Assembly (NCBI GenBank): GCA_010909165.1
Contig: MU008155.1
Coordinates: 2,108,001-2,172,000, forward strand
Direction: 5' to 3'
DNA: 64,000 bases
From: Anthoceros angustus
Lineage: Eukaryota > Plantae > Anthocerotophyta
Made by a program: the position numbers and the translations under genes. The stretch's first letter is position 1. Each line of letters opens with the position of its first letter. This document shows positions 38,471 to 51,027 of this stretch, piece after piece. Under the pieces are notes generated by a model. That model saw nothing but the letters and a program-made list of their open reading frames with translations. It was not told where the DNA came from and did not search any database.

Positions 38471-39952
38471 ATGGCTCTCCTCTCCATGATCATCGGTATC
38501 GTAGGTACGTCAGACTTCCAGGCGGAGCAAGTGTTGAACGTCGGCTTTCGTGAGATGTGGAGGAGTAGCCTTAGCACGAAATTTCTCCGGTCTAGGTCGT
38601 GACCATGGTCTTTTTTTGCCTGTGCAGGGAATGTTATTTCCTGCATGATGTTCGCCTCTGCGCTGTAAGTGTCCAATTCTCTACCGCAGTTTTGCAGGAC
38701 ACCCTAGACTCTGCTCCTTTGCTACTGTCGCTGAGCCCTAGATACATTCATCGTGCGAATTCTGCTTGCATGCTCGCCTGTCCACGGTCTCACCAGCTGG
38801 CGTTGCTGAATTCAGACCTACATTCTGGCGAATTTTCAAGAACAAGTCCACCGAGGACTTCAAAGCGCTTCCATATGTGGCGACAATGCTCAGTGTCTTG
38901 CTGTGGGTGTTCTACGGCTGCGTCATTCCCAACGGAACACTTGTCATCACCATCAATGTCATTGGCGTCGCATTTGAGACTCTTTACCTCTCCTTATACA
39001 TGATCTACGCACCGAAGACCAAGAAGAAGGTAGATTGTCCATCTTAGCTCCGTGAAGCACACTTTCGTAAAATCTGGGGTTCCTTACAATCGTCTAACCA
39101 CACTGCTTGGCATGTTCCTGTAATCAACAGTTTGGCCTCACAGCCGTTCAAGCTGGGCTACTTGGAGTATTCGCTTTCATGGGGGTAGTGGTTGCTATCT
39201 CTCTGCTGGCGCTTCATGGACATGTTCGGAAGATGTTCGTGGGCACTCTGTGCGCCGTTATTTCTATTTGTATGTACGCATCGCCTTTGGGCATAATGGT
39301 GAGATGCGCAGTATCAGCTTCATTTTCTATCAGGTTGTGGAAGTTGATAGCACTACCTGCACAGGCAACTAACTTTGGAGATTGTCCGCAGAAACTCGTC
39401 ATCCGAACAAAGAGCGTGGAATACATGCCCTTCACTTTGTCCCTGTTTCTCTTTATCAACGGATCAGCATGGACCACTTACGCTATCTTCACGTCGGACA
39501 TCTTCATTCTGGTAGGACTCCAACCTCATTCTTCTCAGAGTGAGAGTTGACATCAAGACCCTGATGCAGTGCACTCTCCTTCCGGTCAAGCTGAACATTT
39601 TTCTTCAATTAAGTTACTTGTTTCTTCCATTTGTGAAGAATCACTACTACAATGGACACCAGGCTTTCACGGGCTAACTTTGGACACTTTCATCTTGTAT
39701 GCACAGATCCCGAACACCATTGGAGCCTTCCTTGGAGTACTACAGCTATTGATTTATGCTTACTACACCATCCGTGGCGCTCCAGCTTCACTGCCTCCAG
39801 CAAAGAGTGTGGACCTTGAGAAAGGACACGAAGTTGGCAAGCAGAACGTGCATCCTTTGTCCGTTGAGAATGGTGTGAAGAGGGTGACCGAGAAGGAAGA
39901 CAGGTCTGCAGTTCACCAGTCGTATGGAACCGCGGACAATGCCAAGCATTAG
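38471..39952 (+). CDS. SWEET: SWEET (MtN3/saliva) sugar transporter, 6 exons: 38471-38504, 38628-38664, 38816-39029, 39131-39298, 39392-39511, 39707-39952
   Basis: Spliced protein MALLSMIIGIVGNVISCMMFASALPTFWRIFKNKSTEDF...MYASPLGIMKLVIRTKSVEYMPF...IPNTIG. GT-AG introns. Characteristic 37-bp exon 2 and 120-bp exon 5. Confidence 0.95.
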
Positions 39953-41381
39953 AAGTCGTCTTTGAGCCCTCGAGCTGCTGGCGCAAGCTATCCGCTCTGA
40001 GTGGACTCGCATTTAGGTGATCCATCGAGCTCGTGAATGATCCTCCAGCTACCTAACTGGAACACCGTCCATGAACTTCTGAGTGTTCCAGTCGAAAGAC
40101 GGAGTGTTCAGGCTGGAAATGCAATGTTGTGGCGCCCTGTCGAGGGTTCAGCTGTTAAAGACGATACACAAGGAACTTGTGACGGTAAACAGGTACCTGG
40201 TGTGAACCAAGAATTGCACTATAGGTAAGCTGGCTTTAATTTAGTTAAAAAGTCCGATATGGTTTCTACTTGCGTGCTTGCAAGCTAAACAGCGCCTCTT
40301 TTTATGAATTTGTGTCCTCTAGTGCACTCTCAAATACGTAGATAGATAGTGTGACGTTAAATTCCTTAGGAACTGTCGTTTCTCTAAGCGTAAGTTCTGC
40401 TGCCTTGGCCAGCTAAGCTAATAAAGCTCTCTCCCGCCTTGCACTCGTAAAGCGTTTTTGGGAGCCTCACTTGCTTTCACAGAGTCCCTAGACTAAAGTG
40501 AAATCCTGTTAGATTCGTCAGGTATCTGTCTCGTTTCGCGGCCCTAAATCGCTGATAGAACATCCAGATTCCAGTAGTGAATGCCTCTTGTGTGCAGGCT
40601 TCCGCTTGCAGAGGTTGTGCCGAGCAAATGAGCTCCGGCAGATTTGTTTGATATAGGTAAATATATATATAATATTCTGATTTATTTGGTATGTTCTCTT
40701 ATGGTAAAAGCAGGGTAATGGGGTGAGTCGTTTCTTGAGCGTCTTCAGCTCATATGGCTTTTCACAACGCTGAGTGGGTCCTGTGCTTGTAAGGGGGGAA
40801 TGACAAAAGCTCCCATTCCAGACAGACTTTTGAGGGCCCAACAACGTCAGTAGATCACACACACTGGACAGTTTGCTCTTCGCCCTCGTAGCTCTCGATG
40901 AGCAATGGAGGGACATACTCAAGCCTGACAATCAGCTAAATGGCACACAACCTGTCTAAGCAGAGGCAAGGTCAGCCAAGCACAACACAGCAAGCCCCTG
41001 CCACACTCCGCAGCCACAAGTTCTGAGCAGTAGAGAGTCCACACAACAGGTGCCAGAGGCACCTCTTATACACTAGAAGAGAGTCAAAGAAGACCAATAG
41101 CCATGGCCCAAGCATTTGTATTCATCTTTACGTTTACAATTCCAGGGCTATAAGAAGTCCAGAGCTCCTTCTTATATTCTGTTTTTCGTAGAAATCTCGC
41201 TTTCCATTAATGTGACGGCTCCCAAGGTGCCGCCAACTCTCAGAAATATCCCCGCTACATATGCTTAATTTAGAGGGGCCGATGAGATCTGCGCTACATC
41301 AGCAGCAAACTTGTACCCCTTTCCCGGCCCTCTCCCTCCCTCCCCCCTTCCTAACAGTTTTGTAAGTCTTCAAGACTTCGA

Positions 41382-43563
41382 CTAGTGCCAGTCTAGAGCC
41401 TTGAGGGCAGCCTCGTGCAGATCGTTGCAGCCTGAAGCAATCACTTCCACGCCTCGAGCCCCTTCATTCGCAGGATGCAAACCGATTCAGCACGTCCCGA
41501 TCAGCCAACCAATCAGCCTGTGGCAAGAGAGCAGCCTGAAAGAGCAAAAGAGTAGCCTGATAGCTAGGGGTTCAAAGGGCACCGGAATTTGGCTGATTTT
41601 CATCTGGCCACCATGTAAGACTTTGTCCATTCCAGTCTGTCATTATCCCTCCAGCACCCTCAACAACTGGTACAAGCGCTAAATAGTCATAGGGCTGCAG
41701 GACATAATCACAAAGGTGTTTCAGTTGTAACTTTAGATGCTGGCACCCGATAACAAAACCTGCACAAGGGCATCAACATGCACTCACCTTCAGGCCAGAT
41801 TCGATAACAAGGTCAACATGTCCGGCTGCAAGCAGCCCATATGCATAGCAATCGCACCCGTAGAGGGGTATCTTCACCTATTTGCCAAGAAGCCGGCCAC
41901 CATAAGTCAATAAAGGGAGCATGGACGGCTTCAAACTTCTTCAAGCTGTCTGGCTCCCTCGTTCTCTCTGGCTCACCTGTTGATCCTAATAAGCGTCTGA
42001 GTAGCTGTATGCCAGCTGAGATTCACCTTGTTACGAACACGGGCAAATCCCTCGTTTGTCTGCGGTGAGAAGAGATGTGGACTTGTCGTATACCTGCACA
42101 AAGACAACGAGCAACTCGTCAGATAACTGCGACAGCAAAGCCGGGAGGTTCAGTTTGTCCAAACAAGAGGGGACATACAGGTAAGCACTAGATAGTGATG
42201 AACAAAAGCGCGCTGCAATCTCTTCCCCGTTCAAGGTTGTCCTTTCTCCTTTTCTGCCGACCCATCGTTCCCGCAGAACAGGTTGGTCAATGATTCCAAG
42301 AACCTGTAGGAAAAAAACTAAATCAGGGGATACCATGAGCCTGTTATGACGGTGCTGATGTTAGGAGGAAGAGTAGCTCACAGGCACGCCTCTATGCAGT
42401 AGGGCGATGAGGATTCCGAAAACTGGTTTCCCTGCCGCAAAAGATGCATATTAGAACTGCAGGAGCTGCCAGCAGCACTCAACTCCATTGCTACACCATT
42501 TCGTCTCCTGAAGCTCACCAGTTATGAAGCTTTTGGTGCCATCTATAGGATCTAGAACCCATAGATAGTCTGCACCATTGTCGGGCATATGTAGCCCACC
42601 TTCCTCACCAAAACTGTCAAACGACATTCCATTTAGATAACTGGAGTTCTTTCCAACAGTCCATGCTCTCCAACCTGCAAGACATGATCTTTCAGGTGGA
42701 CCAAAATTCCTTGAAAAGATAAACTCATTGGAATGTGACTCACATTGCATGAGAAGGAAAATGCTTGGCGATAAGCAAGCGCATGGCTTCCTCCGCAGCC
42801 CGATCCGCGACGGTGACAGGGCCTGTAGGAATCCTCATCAGCACAGTCAAAGCCTCATTCAAAGCCAAAAACTTGCCTGTGAAGACCATGGACGACCACT
42901 CAGACACGGACACAGCAGCAGGTAAGTCAAGCATCAGAACGTACTCAGGTCCTCTTTGTCAATAATGTCGAATCCTTTGCGAAAGTACTGAACAATTATC
43001 TTTCCAGCGGCATCGGCGAGCTTGTTCGCCAGCTCCACAAACGCCTGGCTATCTTCGCTTTTCTCCGACCGCTCGTCCGACAGAGGCAAAGGCTGGGCCC
43101 GAACGACTCCGAGAGACGACATTTCCCGCAACCCAAAAGCCGAACGTCGCTTACAGCCTCCCCAACCAGGTCCGCTGGCTGCTACCTCTGACGGAACCCT
43201 GCCCACCACGGGCAGCTCAGAACCACATGGGCGGCCAGCACTCAAAGGAGAAGAGGATTTTCTCCACCCTCTCCCACCCGTCAAGGAACCAGTTTCCCAA
43301 CATGTCAGGCCTTGCACAGGCGCAGAAATAATTGAATTGCAGACGCCAATTCCCAACTGCCTAGCATCTGGGTAATAGGAAATCCCGCTGGCACTGGGGA
43401 GAAGATTCAGATCCAGAGCCCGCAACTGCCAGCCCCGCAGAGCCTCACATGCAGCACGCCTCATGCTTGAAGGTACCTCGAGGGAATCGCAGAAATGAGG
43501 CGAGGAGGCAGATCCAGGAGGCTGCAGAAAGGCGGAAGAGGAAGGGGCTGCCATCATCGCCAT
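41382..43563 (-). CDS. HISN7: Plastid histidinol-phosphate phosphatase / IMPase-like 2, 9 exons: 43563-42945, 42822-42744, 42613-42519, 42431-42382, 42303-42179, 42093-42027, 41877-41788, 41694-41583, 41461-41382
   Basis: SPVTVADRAAEEAMR, FGEE, WVLDPIDGTKSFITGKPVFG, LGIIDQPVLRERW, LYTTSPHLF, LYGCDCYAYGLLA, LKPYDYLALVPVVEGAGG, ending LDWH*. Ser/Ala-rich transit peptide. All introns GT-AG and in frame. Confidence 0.95.
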
Positions 43564-43580
43564 GGTCGCACTGCCGTGAC

Positions 43581-46500
43581 AGGCAAGGCCGGGCCGAAAC
43601 GGAAAGTGGGCGCCGAATATGCTGTCGCCCAGCCGCAGCAAGGTGGCACTTCTGGCAAGTTTTCCAACTACATTTCATGGGCCAACTGACACTCAGATTG
43701 ACCTAGACAAAGCCCCACCATCCCTTCGGCTGGCACACTTTAGGCAACCCTAAGCAAGACCCGGCACCAGTCGTCAATCGTATTTATGTCGGCCGATGTG
43801 CCGAAGGCCTCATTGCAGGTGTGCCGCTACCGCCGTCTGTACCTCACTTTCGCAGGCGGCGAGCAGCATGCTAGGTCTGCAGGATTGGAGGCCGTCCATG
43901 GTTGGTTTTGCAACCAACGCAGATGGTGGCTGATGAGCAGTTGTGTTGGTCAAGTCTTTGCTGTAGGTCGGTTGCACAGCTGCTTGTCGCCAGTCCTGTC
44001 ACTCGCGTCTGTTTCATGACCTGTTGGCTTGGGCTCTGGAGTACCAGGGGATTCTCTCTTAGATAGGTCGCTGGTTTGGCATCAGAGTAGGATTTCAGGA
44101 TTGCGTGAAGATGCTTTGAATGGAGTAGCTGCTGGCAAAGGAAGTGACCTATGATTAAAGAAAGCATCCGAAGCTATCTTTGGTAGCTGCATGATGACGC
44201 AAAATTTCATACTTCAGTCTTCAGTATGAGGTCCTCCCATGCTATAGCTTCTTCCTGCCATGGGGCAATAGCGTAAGAACCATCACGACAGCCCTTGCTA
44301 GTAGTTCAAGGATACTCGGGGTGAACCTAGAGATAATCAGCTACTGTGTGTTTGGAGAGGGGAAGCGTGAGAAAACCAACAACCAACCACACAACGAAGA
44401 TTGTGGCCGTTGGCAATCTCCCCTTGGGGCGCGTCGCGGCCTTTTGTGCGCGGCGGCGAGCTCCGCAATTGCTTAGCGAGCGGCGGCCTGGGCGTTTTTG
44501 TGTGCAAGCTCAGAGCGCGAGGGCCAGGAAGCCGAGCGGCTCCCGGAGTCCGGAAATTGGGAGGACTTCTGAGCCGCGGCTCCCGTGTCCGGGAATTGGG
44601 AGGACTTTTTAGCCGCGGCTCCCGAGTCGGGTGAGCCGGGGAGGCTGTGGAAGTTGCTGGCACTCAAGGTCCCCGGCATGGCGAGCAAGGGCTTGGCTGT
44701 GTGCTCATGGGGCAGGGGCTTGAGCTTAAGCAAGAAGTGCCAAGGTAATTTTGTAGCAAGGGCCGCGGCCTGCTAAGAGTGTGAGCCCGGGCTCTAATGG
44801 GAATTGGAAGCCTGGAGTTTGGGAATGGGAATTGAAAGCCTGGAGTTTGGGAAGTGCTGTAGGTGCTACCATTTAATTGGTGTGTCATAAAAAAGAAAGG
44901 CATATGTCATAAGAGGAAGGCATGTGAGAAGAACAAGAAGAATTGGAAGGCATATGAGAAGAAGAAGAAGAATTTTATTGAAGTCCACTAAGGATGGATT
45001 TCCGTCATGGGACTTGGTACTTAACAACTTGTATCATGCTGTGCCTAAGCTACTTGTACCAAGGGCATCCACTCCCTTTAAGCACCCCAACTAAGCGTAG
45101 GATGCTTAATCACGACGTTCTTATAAATGTGTGTCCATTTGGCCTAAGCTAATTGGACACACATTGTTGAGGTTTGTTAGTGTCGTAATCAATTACAAAC
45201 TTCTCATTTTGTACATCAAACTCCTTTGTACTAATATAAGCTGCCGATCTATTCGGCTCCGAGATTCCTCAACACCGCCATCCGAAAATAGCCTTCAGGC
45301 AAGGCCGGGCCGAAACGGAAAGTGGGCGCCGAATATGCTGTCGCCCAGCCGCAGCAAGGTGGCACTTCTGGCAAGTTTTCCAACTACATTTCATGGGCCA
45401 ACTGACACTCAGATTGACCTAGACAAAGCCCCACCATCCCTTCGGCTGGCACACTTTAGGCAACCCTAAGCAAGACCCGGCACCAGTCGTCAATCGTATT
45501 TATGTCGGCCGATGTGCCGAAGGCCTCATTGCAGGTGTGCCGCTACCGCCGTCTGTACCTCACTTTCGCAGGCGGCGAGCAGCATGCTAGGTCTGCAGGA
45601 TTGAGGCCGTCCATGGTTGGTTTTGCAACCAACGCAGATGGTGGCTGATGAGCAGTTGTGTTGGTCAAGTCTTTGCTGTAGGTCGGTTGCACAGCTGCTT
45701 GTCGCCAGTCCTGTCACTCGCGTCTGTTTCATGACCTGTTGGCTTGGGCTCTGGAGTACCAGGGATTCTCTCTTAGATAGGTCGCTGGTTTGGCATCAGA
45801 GTAGGATTTCAGGATTGCGTGAAGATGCTTTGAATGGAGTAGCTGCTGGCAAAGGAAGTGACCTATGATTAAAGAAAGCATCCGAAGCTATCTTTGGTAG
45901 CTGCATGATGACGCAAAATTTCATACTTCAGTCTTCAGTATGAGGTCCTCCCATGCTATAGCTTCTTCCTGCCATGGGGCAATAGCGTAAGAACCATCAC
46001 GACAGCCCTTGCTAGTAGTTCAAGGATACTCGGGGTGAACCTAGAGATAATCAGCTACTGTGTGTTTGGAGAGGAAGCGTGAGAAAACCAACAACCAACC
46101 ACACAACGAAGATTGTGGCCGTTGGCAATCTCCCTTGGGCGCGTCGCGGCCTTTGTGCGCGGCGAGCTCCGCAATTGCTTAGCGAGCGGCGGCCTGGGCG
46201 TTTTGTGTGCAAGCTCAGAGCGCGAGGGCCAGGAAGCCGAGCGGCTCCCGGAGTCCGGAAATTGGGAGGACTTCTGAGCCGCGGCTCCCGTGTCCGGGAA
46301 TTGGGAGGACTTTTAGCCGCGGCTCCCGAGTCAGGTGAGCCGGGAGGCTGTGGAAGTTGCTGGCACTCAAGGTCCCCGGCATGGCGAGCAAGGGCTTGGC
46401 TGTGTGCTCATGGGGCAGGGGCTTGAGCTTAAGCAAGAAGTGCCAAGGTAATTTTGTAGCAAGGGCCGCGGCCTGCTAAGAGTGTGAGCCAGGCTCTAAT

Positions 46501-47000
46501 GGGAATTGGAAGCCTGGAGTTTGGGAATGGGAATTGAAAGCCTGGAGTTTGGGAAGTGCTGTAGGTGCTACCATTTAATTGGTGTGTCATAAAAGAAAGG
46601 CATATGTCATAAGAGGAAGGCATGTGAGAAGAACAAGAAGAATTGGAAGGCATATGAGAAGAAGAAGAAGAATTTTATTGAAGTCCACTAAGGATGGATT
46701 TCCGTCATGGGACTTGGTACTTAACAACTTGTATCATGCTGTGCCTAAGCTACTTGTACCAAGGGCATCCACTCCCTTTAAGCACCCCAACTAAGCGTAG
46801 GATGCTTAATCACGACGTTCTTATAAATGTGTGTCCATTTGGCCTAAGCTAATTGGACACACATTAAGTTGAGGTTTGTTAGTGTCGTAATCAATTACAA
46901 ACTTCTCATTTTGTACATCAAACTCCTTTGTACTAATATAACTGCTCGATCTATTCGCGTTCCGAGATTCCTCAACACTGCCCGGTCTGAAAATAGCCTT
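43581..47000. repeat. ~1.7-kb near-identical tandem duplication (43581-45296 / 45297-47000) covering the HISN7 5' UTR/promoter and the copia 3' end
   Basis: Both units start aggcaaggccgggccgaaacgg and end gaaaatagccttc. Differences are mainly small indels. Confidence 0.9.
44920..45068 (-). mobile_element. Short (TTC)n-tailed element (duplicated at ~46620-46768)
   Basis: Minus strand ...GTGGACTTCAATAAAATTCTTCTTCTTCTTC. Homologous to 28964-29040. Confidence 0.5.
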
Positions 47001-48488
47001 CATGTTCAAAACAACACCCCCATTCCTGGGGTACATACACTTACACACCAAATGTTTACCAGTTGCCTCCACTACAATGACCCATCAAGACGTCGGCCAG
47101 CCGGCACCCTGACGGGCCTATCACAACACTCAAGCCTTGTACTATTGTGGCGCGACTTTCGATGGCGGTACGAGCGCCGCAATCCGTGTCGTTGTAGGAA
47201 GAAGTCCGTTCCCAAGGGAATGATAGGCTCCGTTCGCGTTTGGTGATTCCTACCGCCCCTTAAGCGCTCGTTGACCTCAACACACATACTCTAACTACTC
47301 ACAACGTTCACCGTCTGAGGCCGGTATGGCCAAGCGTTTGAGACCGTTCGCGTCCGTATCGTTCACGTCACTCACATCACTCGATCCTTTCCTCTCTCCC
47401 TCACGCTACACTCCTCGGTCTTAGAAAACGCGCGGGTTACGGTCCGGACCTCCTCGTTCCGACCTCTCCGTCCGGGCTCTGCCGCCCTCCGGAGTTCCTC
47501 CGGCGTTCCGGTCAGGTTCGGTCTTTGGGCGCGGCTCCGGACGAGCACGGGTCACCGATCACCCTTCCTGCACACACCACAACGTTAGGTCCGTCACGGG
47601 ACCTTGATCAATCTCCCGGGCGCCGTGCTCGGTGACTCGGGACTCACGTTAGCAGAAGACACACAAAGGTGCAGGCAGCATCAACACCAAGAAAGATGAT
47701 TTATTGTGACCTTAGCCCTCTTATACCTGAAGGTCGGCGCCTTTATTACACCTCTATTACAGGTGAGGCCCGGCTCGGTGTGCCTAACCGCCGCCTACTA
47801 CCACCTGTTCACTTCTCCTAGTCGGTGGTGTGAGATAGATACGATTCCTTCTTGGCGGCCCAAAGCGAGCCGCCTTCAGTGGCGCAATCGGATGATCGCG
47901 GGCGGGCCCTTCCTCTTCAGTGCAGCCGGTGCGCCACCGTGGCGGCGACAGCAGCCACCAAGTCTTCCTCGTCCTCCCCTCTTCTCTCTCCCGGGCCCCT
48001 AGATGGGCCCTCAAGGTTGGATCTGCTGGGGTTGGTGGTGGCTCTCCCCACTCCCGAGTTTGGACCTCGGGACCTGTCTCGACTCGGTCCGGACCTCTGG
48101 GTCCGTCTTCCTCGTCCGGTCTCTGGCCGGCCTTCTTTGAGTCCGGTCCTCGGGGCCGGGCCTCCTCAGGTCGGTCTTGGACCCAACCCTTCCACAGGGT
48201 CGGACCTCGGGGTCGGACTCGTCACTAGAGTCTGGATCCCTAAGTCGGACTTCCTTGAGGCGGACCTCGGGATCGGCCTTCCTCGAGTCCGGACAAAGTC
48301 AGGACCTCGACTCTGGGCATGCCTCCCCAGGGCTGGTCATGGGTTCATCCACTGAACCCCTGGTTCCCGAATGCCCGGTTGCACCCTTTCCCCGTCCTCT
48401 CAAGATCCTCCCTCGTCCTTCCATGCGAGGTCTTACCTCCCGGTGTGGCGACCCTTCCTCCTCCGGTTCCTCCAGCTGCTCTCCCCGC

Positions 48489-49715
48489 GCTGCTGCTGCC
48501 GTCGTCAAGCAGGCGCTCCTAGGACTCCAGCGGTTGTCTTTGTCCCGGGTCCGTCCTCCCTCGCTCCTCCTTCCATCCCTTGAGTCCACCCTCCCCAGGG
48601 GTGGCTCGGGACCTCGAGGCCTTGAGGAGCTCTGCGTGGTAGTAGGCGGTCGGAATCGACTTTCTTTGAATCGCCTCCTCCACATGAGCCGGGCACGGTA
48701 CTCCCTCCTCAGGTGCTCGTGGCAGGCGGTCATCGCCTGCGGCATCTCCGTGTAAGCTTACGGTATGGCGGGCGGACTCCCTTGAGGCCGTCAAGGCTGC
48801 CTCAGTTACCTCTTGCAACCTTGCTGCTTGCTCGGCGTTCTCCTCCTCCGTCGTTGTTGACTCACTTGATTTTCAGCCATGGGTGAGCTCCCTGCTTCAC
48901 CTGGCCGGACGAGCAAGCGTGCCTTTTCCTCCGTGCCTTCCTCCTTCTATTCTTTCCGGAGGTCCTCCACTTCCTTCTCCAGGCGGGCGGTATCCCGTCA
49001 GGCTCACGGCTTCCCACGTCCTGCGCAACTTTGGCGTCGTCGAACTCCTTGCGCCGCCTGTTCTCCTCCGTCTTCAAGCGGGCTGGGCGTTCCACCTCTC
49101 GCTCCTCCTTGGCTGCTGCTGCCGTCGTCAAGCAGGCGCTCCTAGGACTCCAGCGGTTGTCTTTGTCCCGGGTCCGTCCTCCCTCGCTCCTCCTTCCATC
49201 CCTTGAGTCCACCCTCTGCCTGGGGTGGCGCGGGACCTCCAGGCCTTGAGGGGCTCTGCGTGGTAGTAGGCGGTCGGAATCGACTTCTTTGAATCGCCTC
49301 CTCCACATGAGCCGGGCACGGTACTCCCTCCTCAGGTGCTCGTGGCAGGCGGATCGCCTTCTTGGCGTCTCCGTGGCCAAGCTTACGGTATGGCGGGCGG
49401 ACTCCCTTGAGGCCGTCAAGGCTGCCTCAGTTACCTCTTGCAACCTTGGCTGCGCGTTCTCCTCCTCCGTCGTTGTTGACTCACTTGATTTCGGGCCATG
49501 GGTGAGCTCCCTTCACTTCCTGGCCGGACGAGCAGCTTTCCTCCGTGCCTTCCTCCCTTCGTCTATTCTTTCCGGAGGTCCTCCACTTCCTTCTCCAGGC
49601 GGGCGGTATCCCGTCAGGCTCACGGCTTCCCCGCCACGTCCTGCGCAACCTTGCGGCGTCGAACTCCTTGCGCCCTATTCTCCTCCGTCTTCAAGCGGAG
49701 GCGTTCCACCTCTCG
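48489..49715. repeat. ~620-bp tandem duplication inside solo LTR B
   Basis: gctgctgctgccgtcgtcaagcaggcgctcc starts at 48489 and at 49112. The units are co-linear. Confidence 0.85.
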
Positions 49716-50635
49716 CTCGAAGTCTTGGATTCTCTCGTTGAGAACCCCCGCCTGATGCATCTTGGGTTGCAACTCCAAGGTGTCCTTGTTGTCCTCCGGC
49801 TCCCCGCGCCCTTCTACCTCCTGCTGCACCAGGGTCCCCAATCTCCCGGGTCTGGCCTCCAGCGCCTCCTCACGGCTCGGCCGTGCTTGCTCCATGACCA
49901 CTTGCTCGGCCTTGATTGGCCGGCTCTCGGCCGCCTCCTCCACCGGCCCGATCACGCCGATAGTGATCGCGATCGGCCTCGCCGTGGCCTCCGCCTCCTT
50001 GGCCACCTTCACGAGCCTCTCCGGCTTGGCTCGTCGGTCAGGCTGCCTCGCGAGATCCGCCCGTTCGCTTGCGCCCGGGCGTCCTGCTTCTGCTGCGCTC
50101 GCCCCTCACTGCGAGGTCCTCCGCCTCCCTCCCCTCTTCCTCCTTGGCCACCTTCACTGCCTCCACTGAAGGAATTTAGTCCGGTCCTTGCGGATGGACG
50201 GACCTCCCTCTCCGCCTCCGGCGTTTTCCTTCCTCAATCCTGCGAGCTTGGCCTTCCTTCTCGCCTCTGGGCTCCCTCCAACCGCCTCCCGGAGGAGCAC
50301 CATGCGCCTCGGGTGGCTTCCACCTCCAGGCCTTCTCGGCCATCCCGCAGACCCAGGCATACCGTCCATGGCGGTAGCAGGACCCGCCGTGTTTCCTCCA
50401 CGGCGGCTGCGTGAGGCTCCCACAAAGTCCGTGGGCCGGCATCTCACAGTCCGTCAAGGACCTCCATACCGATCCGGAGCAAGTCGGTGGGTTCTCGGAC
50501 AATCGGGACCCTTAGGTCACGAGTCTGACTCGGGCTTCCCCTCCTTGGCCCTTTTGGCGCGAGCTCCTTCTCGCCCTTTTCTCCACGGGGCTCGGAGGTG
50601 ATGGAGTCCGGAGCACGCCCTTTGCCCCTTCCGCC

Positions 50636-51027
50636 GGGCGATGAGGATTCCGAAAACTGGTTTCCTGCCGCAAAAGATGCATATTAGAACTGCAGGAGCT
50701 GCCAGCAGCACTCAACTCCATTGCTACACCATTTCGTCTCCTGAAGCTCACCAGTTATGAAGCTTTTGGTGCCATCTATAGGATCTAGAACCCATAGATA
50801 GTCTGCACCATTGTCGGGCATATGTAGCCCACCTTCCTCACAAAACTGTCAAACGACATTCCATTTAGATAACTGGAGTTCTTTCCAACAGTCCATGCTC
50901 CAACCTGCAAGACATGATCTTTCAGGTGGACCAAAAATTCCTTGAAAAGATAAACTCATTGGAATGTGACTCACATTGCATGAGAAGGAAAATGCTTGGC
51001 GATAAGCAAGCGCATGGCTTCCTCCGC
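50636..51027 (-). other. Copy of genomic HISN7 segment 42402-42796 (two introns included) embedded in solo LTR B
   Basis: Near-identical to 42402-42796 apart from a few 1-2 bp indels. Sits where LTR A has ~90-100 bp of LTR sequence. Confidence 0.92.

Noticed and set aside
43564-43641. N-terminal extension MLRLGDSIF... of HISN7
   Set aside because: The ORF track start is non-ATG; the first in-frame ATG is at 43563.
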